A DNA stretch of 64,000 bases from the human T2T-CHM13v2.0 reference genome, Homo sapiens: NCBI RefSeq assembly GCF_009914755.1, contig NC_060933.1; one strand, given 5' to 3'. This document shows positions 1-12,752 of this stretch, piece after piece. The notes below the pieces were generated by a model. The model did no database searches, was not told the origin of the DNA, and saw only the letters and a program-made list of their open reading frames with translations. A program made the translations under genes and the position numbers. How positions within the stretch are numbered: position 1 is the first letter of the stretch; the number at the start of each line of letters is the position of its first letter.

Positions 1-414
1 CACCTATCTCCCAGCCTTACCGTGAGGCTTAGATCAGATAACGTGTATAACACATTTTTTCTAATTGCCTGGGCTGTAGGAAGTGTTCAAAAATATTTAC
101 TTTAATCTCTTCTTCTCCATTGTCTTCATCACCACTGTCATATTTATTTCAATTGTTATTCATTTTGAGAAAACAGATCTAGCTCTGCACCTTTCCTCTG
201 CACATGAACCTGCAATAAAGTGGCTCCAAAATGTGATGGAAGCCACGTGTGAATACAAGGGGACATTCAATCTCTTAAGGAAGTCAACACAAAATAAGCC
301 TAGTTGAGAGATAAAGAGAGATTCTGATGATATTTTGGAGGCAACTGTACTAGCCACATGAGAAAATGTTTGACTTCTGGATGTTTCAATTAGTCATCCC
401 CTCGATTTTTTGTG

Positions 415-418
<4 letters not shown>

Positions 419-446
<28 letters not shown>
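419..446. repeat. (CA)14 microsatellite
   Basis: Uninterrupted CA run. Confidence 0.95.
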
Positions 447-449
<3 letters not shown>

Positions 450-1439
450 AAGAGGCCCAGAGGGGGAAGTATCTTGCTGCAGCACCACACACTATTAAAG
501 GAGAGCTCCAATAGCCTGCCTCTCATGGCCATGTTTTTCTTCTATGCCTCATAGATTGCATTCTCCAAACAGCCCCTTTCTTCCTCAGTCCCACTCACAG
601 AAGCCAGGGATCTCATGTGTGGCCATTTGTTCTTACTTATTCCAAACCCAGGGCACACGACCAATTCCATGGGAAGGGGCTTTGGAGAGGGAAACAATCC
701 AATTACTGATCTAATGAGCCAATTTTCCTCTCATCTCCTCATAAAGTCATGTGCGGCCCCAGTGTTCCCCTGCCTTACTCAGACGATGACAGAGAGATGG
801 AGAAAGAGCCCTGTTAGGCAGTTCAAACCCACTTACTGCACAGGCTGGAAAATGAAATGACTGATACCATGTAATTAGGCCTTAATTATTTATCATTTTT
901 GGTTAATTACTGCCACTTGCAAGTTAACAGGTCGTAAAACTCTTGGGCTGTGTTTATTAAATGTTAGGCAATCATTAGCAAGGAAGTGCCATCTTCCAGT
1001 GTTAATGAAATATCTGTAAAAATCTATGACTGTGAGCAATGCAGGACTTGAGGCCACTTGGGAGACAGTTACATGGATTTATGGCTAATTACATATTTTT
1101 TGGAACCAATATTGCCATGTTTGAGAAGACGACTTGAATAAAAGGCTTCAAAGCCTCTGTGGACTCTCCCATCATTCCTCTGGTGCACAAGGAGGGTGAA
1201 TGAAGGAAGGCTGGGGGATAGAAAAGAGGAGAAACAGAAGAAAAAGTAGTAAAGGACAACTGCTGTCAAAAAGTACCTCTCCTCAGGGTCACGGTGTCTA
1301 AATGGCTGCCATTAGAAAGCCATTCCTCAGAGTAGAATGTTATCCAAACTATGCAGATGTCCCTCTGAAAGCAAACAACCCTGGAAGAACTTCTTACAGC
1401 TAACTGGAAAAAGTCAACTTTGTAATGGTCTGTATGAAA

Positions 1440-1830
1440 AAGAGCTGGCAGTTTTAGCCACCAGTTCAACATGAGTTCATAGACCAACAAAGTAAGTAGG
1501 CAGTAGGCAGTAATAATAACGTCATAAGGACCAGAACAAAGGAAGTGAAGCCACAGGCGTACCTCAACTGGAGTTGCAGATTCAGTTCTGGTGATCATAT
1601 TTTGAAAGGAGCATTGAAAGGCTAGACTGAGCTCTTGAGAAGTGCATTGGATCATGAAAGGATAGAACCCATGTCACTGGAAGGTCTTTTGAAAGAAATG
1701 GGAATGTTTAGCCTGGAAAAGCAAAGACTAAGAAGCTTGACAGTTGTCTTCAAATACTGTAAAAGTTTCCATGTGGATAAGAAGCAAATTTATTCTGCAC
1801 GTCCAATGGATAGAGGCCTCTTGGCAAGTT
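1440..1830 (+). mobile_element. L3/CR1 LINE fragment (ORF2 C-terminal region)
   Basis: ORF 1635-1865 reads LLKEMGMFSLEKQRLRSLTVVFKY, matching the CR1 ORF2 C-terminal motif LRELGLFSLEKRRLRGDLIxVFKY. Confidence 0.8.
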
Positions 1831-1842
1831 TTAACTTTAAAA

Positions 1843-2363
<521 letters not shown>

Positions 2364-2369
2364 CAAAAG

Positions 2370-2500
2370 GTAAAAGTCATCCATGAATGAAATGGGCTGA
2401 CTCAAAAGGTAGTCAGTTCACTGTCTTAGAGGTAAGCAAGCAGAACCTGGATGATCACCTGTTAAAGATACAGTGCAGAAATCCCTTCACTAAGTGCAAG
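2370..2500 (+). mobile_element. L3/CR1 3' portion, continuing 1440-1830
   Basis: AATGGGCTGACTCAAAAGGTAGTCAGTTCACTGTCTTAGAGGTAAGCAAGCAGAACCTGGATGATCACCTG resembles the L3 3' end. Confidence 0.7.
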
Positions 2501-4255
2501 GCTGAGTGAAAGAGTTTGAAATGTTTAACAGTCTATAAATTTGAGGTCATTAACACTTTAATATCAATTGGTTGATTCCATGTCTTTCCCTGGCACTAGC
2601 AGCTAGGGCCAATAAGGGACCCCTAGGGACCTGCAGGTGGGGAGAAGGATAAAAACATGTACAGAAGGTAGGGGTGTAGGTAACTAAAACCACAGGCAAA
2701 TGAAGTTATTAACTTCTGGTTGTTGAGTAGGAAGGGTGTGGAGTGAGATTTTCTTGATGACCAGAAGAGGAGAAACAGCTTCAGTCCTAAAACTTTCACT
2801 AACTCACTCTGGATATTGAGTTATTTTATCATGGCCCTTAGTTTCCCCATCTGTAAATAGGGAGCTACACTTGATTGTCTTTCAGGACCTTTCTAGATCT
2901 ACCATGAAAAAATTCTGGATTCTAAAGTGAAAGTAGCTCTGTGACCTCAGTCCGCCACCAGATCTACCTGGGCCTCTATTTCTTCACTTAGGAAGCATAG
3001 AAAATGATGCCTGTCTCTAAACCGCCTCTCCAAGATGCCATAAGGAATAATGAGGCTATTTGTCGCTCCTCCGAGCTCAGTGTTGAATGTTCAATCACCA
3101 TTGAGAGGTACTTGTATGCAGACATTTCAGGTACATAATATAATATTATAGGCATAGAAAAGCATAAAAAGATTTGTAATTAAGATAAAGAATCAATCAA
3201 CCTACCCTTTCTATTTTATAAGCTCAGCCCAAGCAAATGGCAAGTGGCTGCATTCAAGGTCACAGAGTATATATTTGTGCATTTTTATGTTTAATGTGAA
3301 ATAAAACTCTCAATTGAAATAAAAAGGCCTTGCTATTAGTCATTTATTTAGTCCATACATAAGGAGTTCACACTGTGTTTGGGGCACTGTGCAAGGCACC
3401 ATGAGTCACTGAGGGTAGAAGTAGGTATGGTTTCTCTCTTCAAAGATCTTGCAGTCTAGAGGGAGAGATTGAAGTTGGACAAAAATAGCTTCTGGACATT
3501 AACAGTGGCTGGCCAGTCAACTCTGGAGCCCCAGCACCCAGTACTGTGTAAGGCACACAGTAAGCATTTGCTAATTATTTCACAAATAAATTTGTGAATG
3601 AAAGTTTTCTGGACCCCATGAAGAGCTGTGCGGTGCAGATAAAACACCAGGAGTCCAGAGGAGGAAGAAATGTATGTTAGCTGAGAAACTCAGAGAATTC
3701 TTCATGGATAAGGTTGACCCATGGAGCTTTGGAAGGGGGAGAAGATGGGAATAGGACATTCCACATGGTAGTTTCAGCAAGGCCAATGTCACAGAGGCAG
3801 GAAGGTGTTAGTCAAGTGGACTGACCTCTTTCTGAGTGCCTCATCCTCTCTTCTAGGCTATTTACCTAAGCTAGGCTGACTCTTAATTAATATCACTGGC
3901 TTTGGTTTCCCCCAAGCTGATCTATTCTACACACTACTGCTGGCCTCATCTTCCTAAAGCACAGCTATAATCATGGCATTGCCCTTGTCAGAAGCATACG
4001 CTGACTCTTCACTATCAGCTGAATAAAGCTCAAGCCCCAAAGCCAAGCAACCTAAGCCTTTGTGATCTGGCTACAGTGTTTCTGAATGAATAAACTTACA
4101 CTGTTCTGTGTCACTTAGCCCCTGGTAGGTAGACTTTCCTTCCCTCCATCGTGAGTAATCCTTTGGTTGTTTCCATGTCTAACTTGTGGTCTTCTTTCCA
4201 TATGAAAATCCTTCTCCTAATATCTTCACATCCAAATTGTACCCACACCTCAAAA

Positions 4256-4561
4256 TTTTTTGTTTGTTTGTTTGTTTTTACTACAGAGTCTCACTCTGTC
4301 ACCCTGGCTGGAGTGCAGTGGCACAATCTTGGCTCACTGCAGCCACCGCCTCCCTGGGTTCAAGAAATTCTCATGCCTCAGTCTCCCGAGTGGCTGGGGT
4401 TACAGGTATGCACCACCACACCTGGCTAATTTTTGTATTTTTAAGAGAGACTGGGTTTTGCTATGTTGGCCAGAGTGGTCTCAAACTCATCACTCAAGTG
4501 ATCCACCAATCTTGGCCTCCCAAAGTGCTGGGATTACAGCCACGAGCCACAGCACCTGGCC
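4256..4561 (-). mobile_element. Alu (old, J/S-type), full length
   Basis: Reverse Alu dimer with (TTTG)n tail. Confidence 0.95.
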
Positions 4562-5120
4562 CCAAGGTCTTAATTTAGTACCACTTCTTAATAAAACTTT
4601 GACTTGAACTCCTGTAAAAGTCATCTGTGAACTTCTATTCCTATGCCTACATCACTTATAGACGATGGTTCCATTTCTATCTAGTTAAATGTATACATAT
4701 CTTGTCTCTTCCATCAGACACAGACAAAAGAAAAATTGCTTGAGAACAGTTTTCCCAGAACTCAGCTTAGACCTAGGCCCAGAGCAGGTGCTCCGTGTGA
4801 GATTAGTAAATCTTACTTGGGTTTCTGCCAACTTCTTGGAGATTCCTCAGTGGCTATGTGTGTGCCACTCCATTCTGTACTGGCTAAGGCTAACTGATAC
4901 AAAAGCAGAGACCCTGGACTAAAGTTAAGCCACTCAGATTCTTGCTGTGGGGATCACATTGAAGACACATGAGACAGAAGACAGTGGGAGCTGAGTTCTT
5001 TCATGGTGAGCTCGGCAGGGAAGATCAGAGAGGCCTAATTGATGAGGTTCCTGGAGGTGTCCTGTTTGTTTCATGGGTTTGGGGTTTGTTTGTTTGCTTT
5101 TGCTCATTCTTATACATGTA

Positions 5121-5521
5121 GCATAGGGTTGCTTTGCTAAGGCTTCCATAACAAAGTACCACAAACTAGGTGGCTCAAACAACAGAAGTTTGTTGTCTCA
5201 CCATTTTGGAAGCTGGAAGTCCAAGATTTAGTTGTCACCAGAGTTGTTTCCTTTTGAGGAATATGAGGAAGGGATATGATCTGGACCTCTCTCCCCTTTG
5301 CTTGTAGATGGCCATCTTCTTCCTGTGTCTCTTCACATCAACTTCTCTCTATGCATGTCCTAATTTTCCCTTGCTAAAAGGACACCAGTCATAATTGAGT
5401 AGGGGCCCAGCAGACTTCAGTATAACTGCATCTTATCTTCACTAATCACATCTGCAATGATACTATTTCCAAATAAGATTGCATAAATTTGGAGCGAGGG
5501 GGACAAAATCCAACCCATATC
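5121..5521 (-). mobile_element. MLT1A/B-type MaLR solo LTR
   Basis: CCATAACAAAGTACCACAAACTAGGTGGCTCAAACAACAGAA...AAGGACACCAGTCATA...GGACAAAATCCAACCCATA. Confidence 0.85.
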
Positions 5522-6696
5522 CATCATTTCAGCTTTTACAGACTATGAGCTGTTTCAGCATCACTTCAATAGCCTCTCTTTTGTCTTCTTAAATTATTCA
5601 AGTTGAGTCACTTGTAAACAAAGAACCCTGACAGATAAAGTGGGTGACTAAATGAGTAAATAAATGAATAGGTCAGTTCATAAAACAAAACAAAAAAAGA
5701 TAAATAGGCAGGTGGATAGGTGAGTGATAGGTGGGTGAGAGAGTGAGAGTGAGAGAGTGAGTGAGTGAATGAATGTGGCCACAGCCTGGCTTCTCTCCCC
5801 ATCCGTCCTTCTTTCCTTCATTTTCCCTCTCTAACTAGGAGCTACCAGAGATAGAGGTTCAGGCCTGGTAAGCATAATGTACGCTGGACCCTATCCTAAC
5901 CACCCTCCTTTTAAAAAGTTATCAGCCTATCTGGGGATATTTCATCAGAACCAACAGCAAGGAAGATGAGACACCATCTCCTTTGCTAAGCCTGTACTGC
6001 TTTGGATATTGAGACAGAACATCAGTTAGCTAGGAGAAAAGTCACATTTTATTCAGCCACGGAACATGATGGGGTGGGGGGCAGGTAGAGGGATGAATGC
6101 AGATGTGAGATTCTCATGGTCTCTACTGGGGAAAAGAAGGCTGCCCATCGGCTAATTTTAACAAATGCCACCAAGTAATGACAGTTTCCCCAGAGGAGTA
6201 TCTCTATTTTCTCTTCCTAGCATATTAATTGGAAACTGGAATCATTGTTGGAGGAAATTAGAGTCTCCCTCTCACGACTTTCTCCATAGAATATAAAACC
6301 CCAGATAATTTAAGGTGACAGAGGAGACAACACTTAACCTCTTCACCTCTCCTGCTTCCCATCACCAATGAGCAATCTGGGTCCCCCGTGGTATGCAGGA
6401 AGACTGGTTCTGTGGGGACACACTGAAAACCTGCTCCATAGCTCCATTCACAGAGGCTGTTCTGCATCCCACCGTCACTCTGCTGCAGAAACACATTTTG
6501 TAGAAGCAGAAATAGGACACATTTGCTTGACAATATGTGCTCTCGCAGATACCTCTGGCACCAATATAGAGCTTGTTTTCTTTCTCTCTCATTCCTTCTT
6601 TTCTTCCCTCTACCACTACCTGTTATTGTTCTGCCTCTCATTCAGATTCTAGTAACATTTATTAATCACCTACGATTCACAAAAAATAGATTAAGA

Positions 6697-7066
<370 letters not shown>

Positions 7067-7819
7067 TTACCTGATCAATCTATCTAAAGTATTCTTACAG
7101 GAACTCTCTTTCATGGCACACTCCTCCTCCCTGATATATCACTGTCTGATATTACCTGGCTTATTTGTTTGCATATTAATGATCAGTTTTATTATAAGAA
7201 ATTCTTTGAAGGCAGGGACTATGTCTGTTTCCTTCACTGCTAAATCTCCAGCACCTAAAACTGACACAGAGTAGGCACTTGATATATAATGAGGTGACTG
7301 TGGGCCTTAGTGATTGCAAAACCCACCCCTGAAGATGTAGAATTTATTTTACTGGAGCTTTGAAGGATAAGCAGGATAAGAATAAACATTCTGGGCAGGG
7401 TAAACAGCATGAGGAAAGGTGTAATAATGGTGATGTTCCCCTTCATTCGTATCCCACTTTCAGAAAAGAAATATGAGCACTCCAAAATATATTCACAACT
7501 TTTTTTTCTAAAATACTCAGTTACAACGTGGTAACAAGAATCCCCTTGGATGGCTTAGGATAGGTCAGAGGGTGAAACCGGCTCATCTGAACCATATCTA
7601 GTTTATTGGAAGGGAGAGCACATGAGACCACAATTCAAAATAGCTGAATTCCAATCCTTGCTTGATCATGCATAGCTTGTGAAAACATAGAGAAATTTAG
7701 GACTTGCAGGGACCACAACCCTCATTATTCACTTAGGCTCAATCATTTATACAGGCACAGCCTCTGAAGAGTGTTTCTTTGCAAAGCTATTACTCTTATC
7801 CCTTTCCAGTGAATGTCCC

Positions 7820-8390
7820 ACTATCCAACAGCAGCCAGAGTGGTGTTTTTAAAAGCTAAATCTGATCATGTCACTCCCTTTTCAAATCCCTCTGATGGCT
7901 TCCTGTCACCCTAGTGCATAATCCAAGTTCCCACCCTGGCCTGCTAGACCTTCCTTACATGATCTGGCCTCTGCCACACTGACCTCCTTGATGTTCCAAG
8001 AGCATGTCAAGCACATGCCTACCTCAGGTACTTTGAACTTGGGGTTTGCTCAGCCTGAAATTCTTTTCACTGGGTCTATGCATGGCTCATCCTTTGTCTT
8101 AATTCAGTTCTCTGTTAAAAATTACCTCTTCAGAGAGAGAACTTCTTATTACTGTATCGAAGATAGCACTCTCTAGTTTAATGTCTTATCACCACGCTTT
8201 GTGATTTCTGTTGTGCTTATGTCTGATATTGTGTTATGTATTTACTTTTTTTATTTGTTTCTTGTCTAACTCCCTTTGCTAAAATGTATGTTCCATGGGG
8301 ATAGTTCTTTCTCTTTTACTTCTGTCTATACAATTTCTGGCACAAAGAGGGTAGTCAATAAATTAATGTTAAATATATGAATAAAATAAA
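7820..8390 (+). mobile_element. L2 LINE 3' region
   Basis: GCAGCCAGAGTG..AAATCTGATCATGTCACTCCC...GATCTGGCCTCTGCC and an L2-like 3' terminus. Confidence 0.75.
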
Positions 8391-9280
8391 AGTCCTTTAT
8401 TTTGCAGTCTTAGAATAAATGTATGCTCTCATTTTAACAATATTTCACAGCTAGCTGATACTTAAGTCAGGACAGGGACTTACGTACCCTGCTTCCCAAT
8501 CCAGTCTTCTTTCCATTGTCTCCAGTGACCTCATATGTCTGTTTTCCTCATGTGTTAAATGTGTATAGTATTCCTAAATTGCCTTCCCTGCAAAGCTCTT
8601 TTATATGGATCAAAAGAAAGTTTCTTGTAAAATGAACAAATTCCAATGTTTATATAAGAATTAAAAGATGCAAGGATGGTGATAGTTTTAATTGATTAGC
8701 TGGAGGGATAGTTGCATTCAGCGTTTAAGGAAAAAAATAATCCTATACATGTCATCATATAATGCATCTCGAATTCCTGAGATTGTAATGCATCTATCAA
8801 GGAACCTCTGATGGAACAGCTAACTAGGGCGCTGCTTGTGGAAACCAGAATAAATCCAATTTGAATGAGACATATAGCACATTTTGGGAAACATCTCAAG
8901 AATAGTTTTCAAGTGGGATGGTGACCAGCTGTTCTCCCTTTCTACCCAGAAAGGGGGAGAACTACCATGGGGGTTTAGGGACTAGGTGTAGGAGAGATTA
9001 TATCAATTCTGGAGAGATGTGACTTTTAAGAGGCACAGAAGAGAGAGACATGGACTTAGCATGAGGCTCACTCTCTAGTTACCTTTATAAAACAAATCTG
9101 GCCAGGTATCCCCATGCTTACAACCCTTCAGTGGGTCCCCATTACCCTTGTTATCAATTACAAACTAATTAGCTTGATTTTATAGACCCTTCATTAAATG
9201 GCTCCCAGCATCCTCTTCAGACTCATTTCTTTCCACTTCTTGACCATATAGTACTGTCCAATATGACAGAGCTCCTTGTA

Positions 9281-9284
<4 letters not shown>

Positions 9285-9311
<27 letters not shown>

Positions 9312-9312
9312 C
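9285..9312. repeat. (CA)n microsatellite
   Basis: AC run. Confidence 0.9.
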
Positions 9313-11569
9313 TCATACACAAACAACATACACCTCACTGCTCCCTTCCTCTGTCAGTTTATTTTTGTACTTCCTGCTTCATGGAGCAACTTTTACCTCT
9401 TCACCTGTATGACTTTTTATCCCTTAAGACAGAGCTCTGCCTTCATTTTCCAGCAAGGCTTTTCTGCAAACATATACTCCTACACATAAAATTGACACAT
9501 GCTTCATGATGTCTCGTGCAGAACTCAGAATTCTCATAAATATGTTATACTTTAATGATAATTTTATATGTGGCAGAAATTTGGTCTCTTTGGCTTTTGA
9601 ACTTCCTCTATATAGTCCCTGGCACAGAAAATGGTCTGGAGATGCCAAATACATGACAGGTAACACTAAAAAAAGCTGACTCTCGATTACTGTAAGAATC
9701 ATCTTTTTCAAAGTCACTGAGATCTGGGGTACCTTTGGGATTCCCTTTCATGACCAGGAGCTGTTCTATCCATCAGGCCTTCAGAGGCATGAAATAAAAC
9801 CATGTTTTTAAAACACTGGCTGTAACTTCAGAGATTAATCCCTTTTCCCAGACCTTCTCCTATGCCCATTCCACAGCCTAGAGAACTGAAATACACCATA
9901 GGCATACAACCAGGTGGGCAGCACACAATGCCCAAATGCTAAAACAATATTTGGTACCAGGATAAAGTGGAAGTGTGTATCTGAACATTGCAGGAGTGAG
10001 GATGCTCAGAATAAAACTAAGCAACTAGGAAGTGGGAGGCTGAACCATTTAGGGATAAGCAGTGCATCCTTGGATGTAGAAGGATACTCATAAAAATATA
10101 CACAACCTCATAAGGACACTTGGGTTACAGGAATAAAAGCTGTAGATGGGGATCGATGCATAGATTGCTATAGGAACCTGGGCTCTTCTGCACACATCCA
10201 TTAACGAATGCAATTTCGCTGTTCGTGGTGCTGAATTTTTATCCTGAGCTGAAACACAACCCACTCACCATTCTCCTTCTCCTCCCTGAGAAGTTGCCAG
10301 GTACCTGCTAGCCTTCCATTTATTTAGGCTCCACTGTAGCACTTATCACAATGTATTATAATTATTCTGCTTAAATTCTGCTTCTCCCACTAGATGTGAA
10401 CTTCCTGAAGCAGAGGATATGACTTATCATATTTGCTTTGTTAGGATAGCACTGAAACCAGTATTCATCTGTTAAGTAAATGTTCTAAGCACCTACTCTT
10501 TACAGGTCGGGTATTCAATCTAAGCATACCAGGAAAAACAAAAATTGATTACTCTCCTCATGGATTTGCAATCTAATGGGAGAGAAAAGCAAGCAAATAG
10601 AAATTATAATATTTTGTGGTTAAGTGTTATAAAATAAAGAAAAATAACTGGGGCTATAGAAACACAAAGGAGGAGCCACTACCCCAGTTCTTGGACTCAG
10701 TAAAGGTTTTGTAAAGGATTTGTCCTATATGTTGAAAGAAAAGTGTAGGATTCAGTCAGAAGAATAGTGAAACTGGATAGAGCTGGGGTGAGGAAAATTG
10801 GGGGAAGGGGAAATGTCAGATGCATTCGCTTATAGGCAAGAAAATGTGAGCATAGAGAGTTGTCTATGGTGGATTGTAGAGGAGGCAATGTATTTACTAT
10901 TGGAGAGGTGGCAAGACAAGAAATTTTAATTTTATCCTGGAGACAATCCAAAGTCACCAAATGGCTTTCTTCAGAAAACTGCAGGGTAGAATATTTAATA
11001 ATCACATGGTATATATTCAATTAATATTTATTGAATGTAAGAATGAGTAAATGAATCTCTAAGAAGTGAGGTTCCAGGAATTTTTTTCTTCTAATAAAGT
11101 ATGTTTGATGTTATTATCTACTTACTAGGACAGGAAGGAAAGGGGAGAATGGATGGTGTAGCTTAAGCTCTAGAAGGTAAATATGACTGGGCCATTTTTC
11201 AGGGATGGCTTCATTGCTGCTCAGGCTAGAGGCCAGAGGACAAATTAAAAGGCCTCATGTGCTACCTTATAAAACAATCATTAGGGAGCAGTATTCTAGG
11301 TATATGGGACACAAAGATGGTGGAAAATGAGGTGTAAAACCCCTGCAGGATAGTTCAGTTGGTATCTGCCAGAAAAGTCCAAGACAATTTGATGATTCAT
11401 ATTAAGTTATTCTGTAAAAATTGGAAAGACCTTGAACCTATTTCAAACCTCCAAGATGGTGACCCTAAGAAAAATACATATTTTTTTAGAGTTAGTCGTT
11501 GGAGTAGTCCTGGCATGGCCTATCATATACATTAGGTCCCTACAAGAGCAGAGAATGGTATTTAATTTA

Positions 11570-12071
11570 AGTATTTCCTGAACACCTCAAAGATTCCATA
11601 TTAGGTACCATGGAGGAGAGAGATAAATAAGAAGTGGTTCTATTTGAGGAGTTTACAGTCCTGTAATGATAGACTTTTAAGAAACACAATTATACAACTC
11701 CAAGTCCAGGTTGAACAGGATAAGAGAAAAAATAATAACAGGGAATTACTTTCTATTAGAGGAAATAAGAATGTTTTATAGTGAGGACATGACATTTTCC
11801 TGGGTCTTTTATGTAGGATTTTGATAGACTTAAATGGTAAGGTCTAGGGAGGGCATTCTGGGTTGAGGAAATTAGGTTTGCAAAGGCATGTGGTTGAGAA
11901 CGCAAAGGGCACATGTTAGTGTAAGAAAGGGTCTGATTTGACTGTAATGTAGGGAGTAAGAACAGAAGCTAAAGGCATATGAGGTTGGAAGAAAAGTTTG
12001 CAGTCACACATGAAGGTTCTTGCAGCTTATGCTCAGTAGTGCAGATTTTATTCTTTGGCTGGTATGAGGAG
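11570..12071 (-). mobile_element. L2 LINE fragment (continues after the L1PB at ~12767)
   Basis: GAGGGCATTCTGGG..GGAAATTAGGTTTGCAAAGGCATG...GGAGCCACCAGATG, typical of reverse L2. Confidence 0.65.
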
Positions 12072-12085
12072 CCACCAGATGTTTC

Positions 12086-12752
12086 TTTTTTCCCTTTTTT
12101 TATTTCAATAGCTTTAGGGGTACGAGTGGTTTTTGGTTACATAAATGAATTGTAAAGTGGCAAAGTCTAGGCTTTTAGTGTACCTGTCACCTGACTAGTG
12201 TACACTGTACACAATAGGTGATTTTTTTATCCTTCAGCCCCTACTCACCCTCTCCTCTTCTGAGTCCCCAGTTTCCACTATACTATTGTGTATGCCTTTG
12301 CGTACCCATAGCTTAGCTCCCACATATAACTGAGAACATGCAGTATTTGGTTTTCCATTCCTGAGTTACTTCACCTAGGATAATGGCCTCCAGTTTTATC
12401 CAAGTTGTTGCAGAGGACAGTATTTCATTCTTTTTTATGGCTGAGTAGTATTCCATGATTTTGTGTGTGTTTGTCTGTGTGTATGTATGTGTGTGTGTAT
12501 ATATACGTATACATATATATATACACACACACATACATACACACACACATATATGTATATATGTGTGTATATATATATATATACACACATACATACATAC
12601 ATACACCACATTTTCTTTATCCACTTATTGGTTGGTGGGCACTCTTTACGATTGTGAATTGTGCTGCGATAAAAATGTGCATGAAGGTGTATTTTTGATA
12701 TAACCACTTCTTTTCCTTTGGGTAGATACTCAGTAGCAGAATTGCTGAAGAT
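12086..12752 (-). mobile_element. L1PB (PB2/PB3-like) 3' end
   Basis: TTTTATTTCAATAGCTTTAGGGGTAC..GTGGTTTTTGGTTACAT L1PB 3'UTR; 14-bp TSD CCACCAGAT(G/A)TTTC at 12072-12085 and 12753-12766. Confidence 0.9.
12462..12606. repeat. Compound (TG)/(TA)/(CA)/(TACA) microsatellite within the L1PB
   Basis: Alternating purine-pyrimidine tract of ~145 bp. Confidence 0.95.

Noticed and set aside
4151-4607. Overlapping 92-130 aa ORFs (similar ones at 6767, 36413, 48705, 50781, 55880)
   Set aside because: Typical antisense-Alu translations ([16 protein letters not shown]).
12313-12707. Overlapping ORFs rich in Y/I/H/T/C/V
   Set aside because: Translations of the dinucleotide microsatellite within L1PB.
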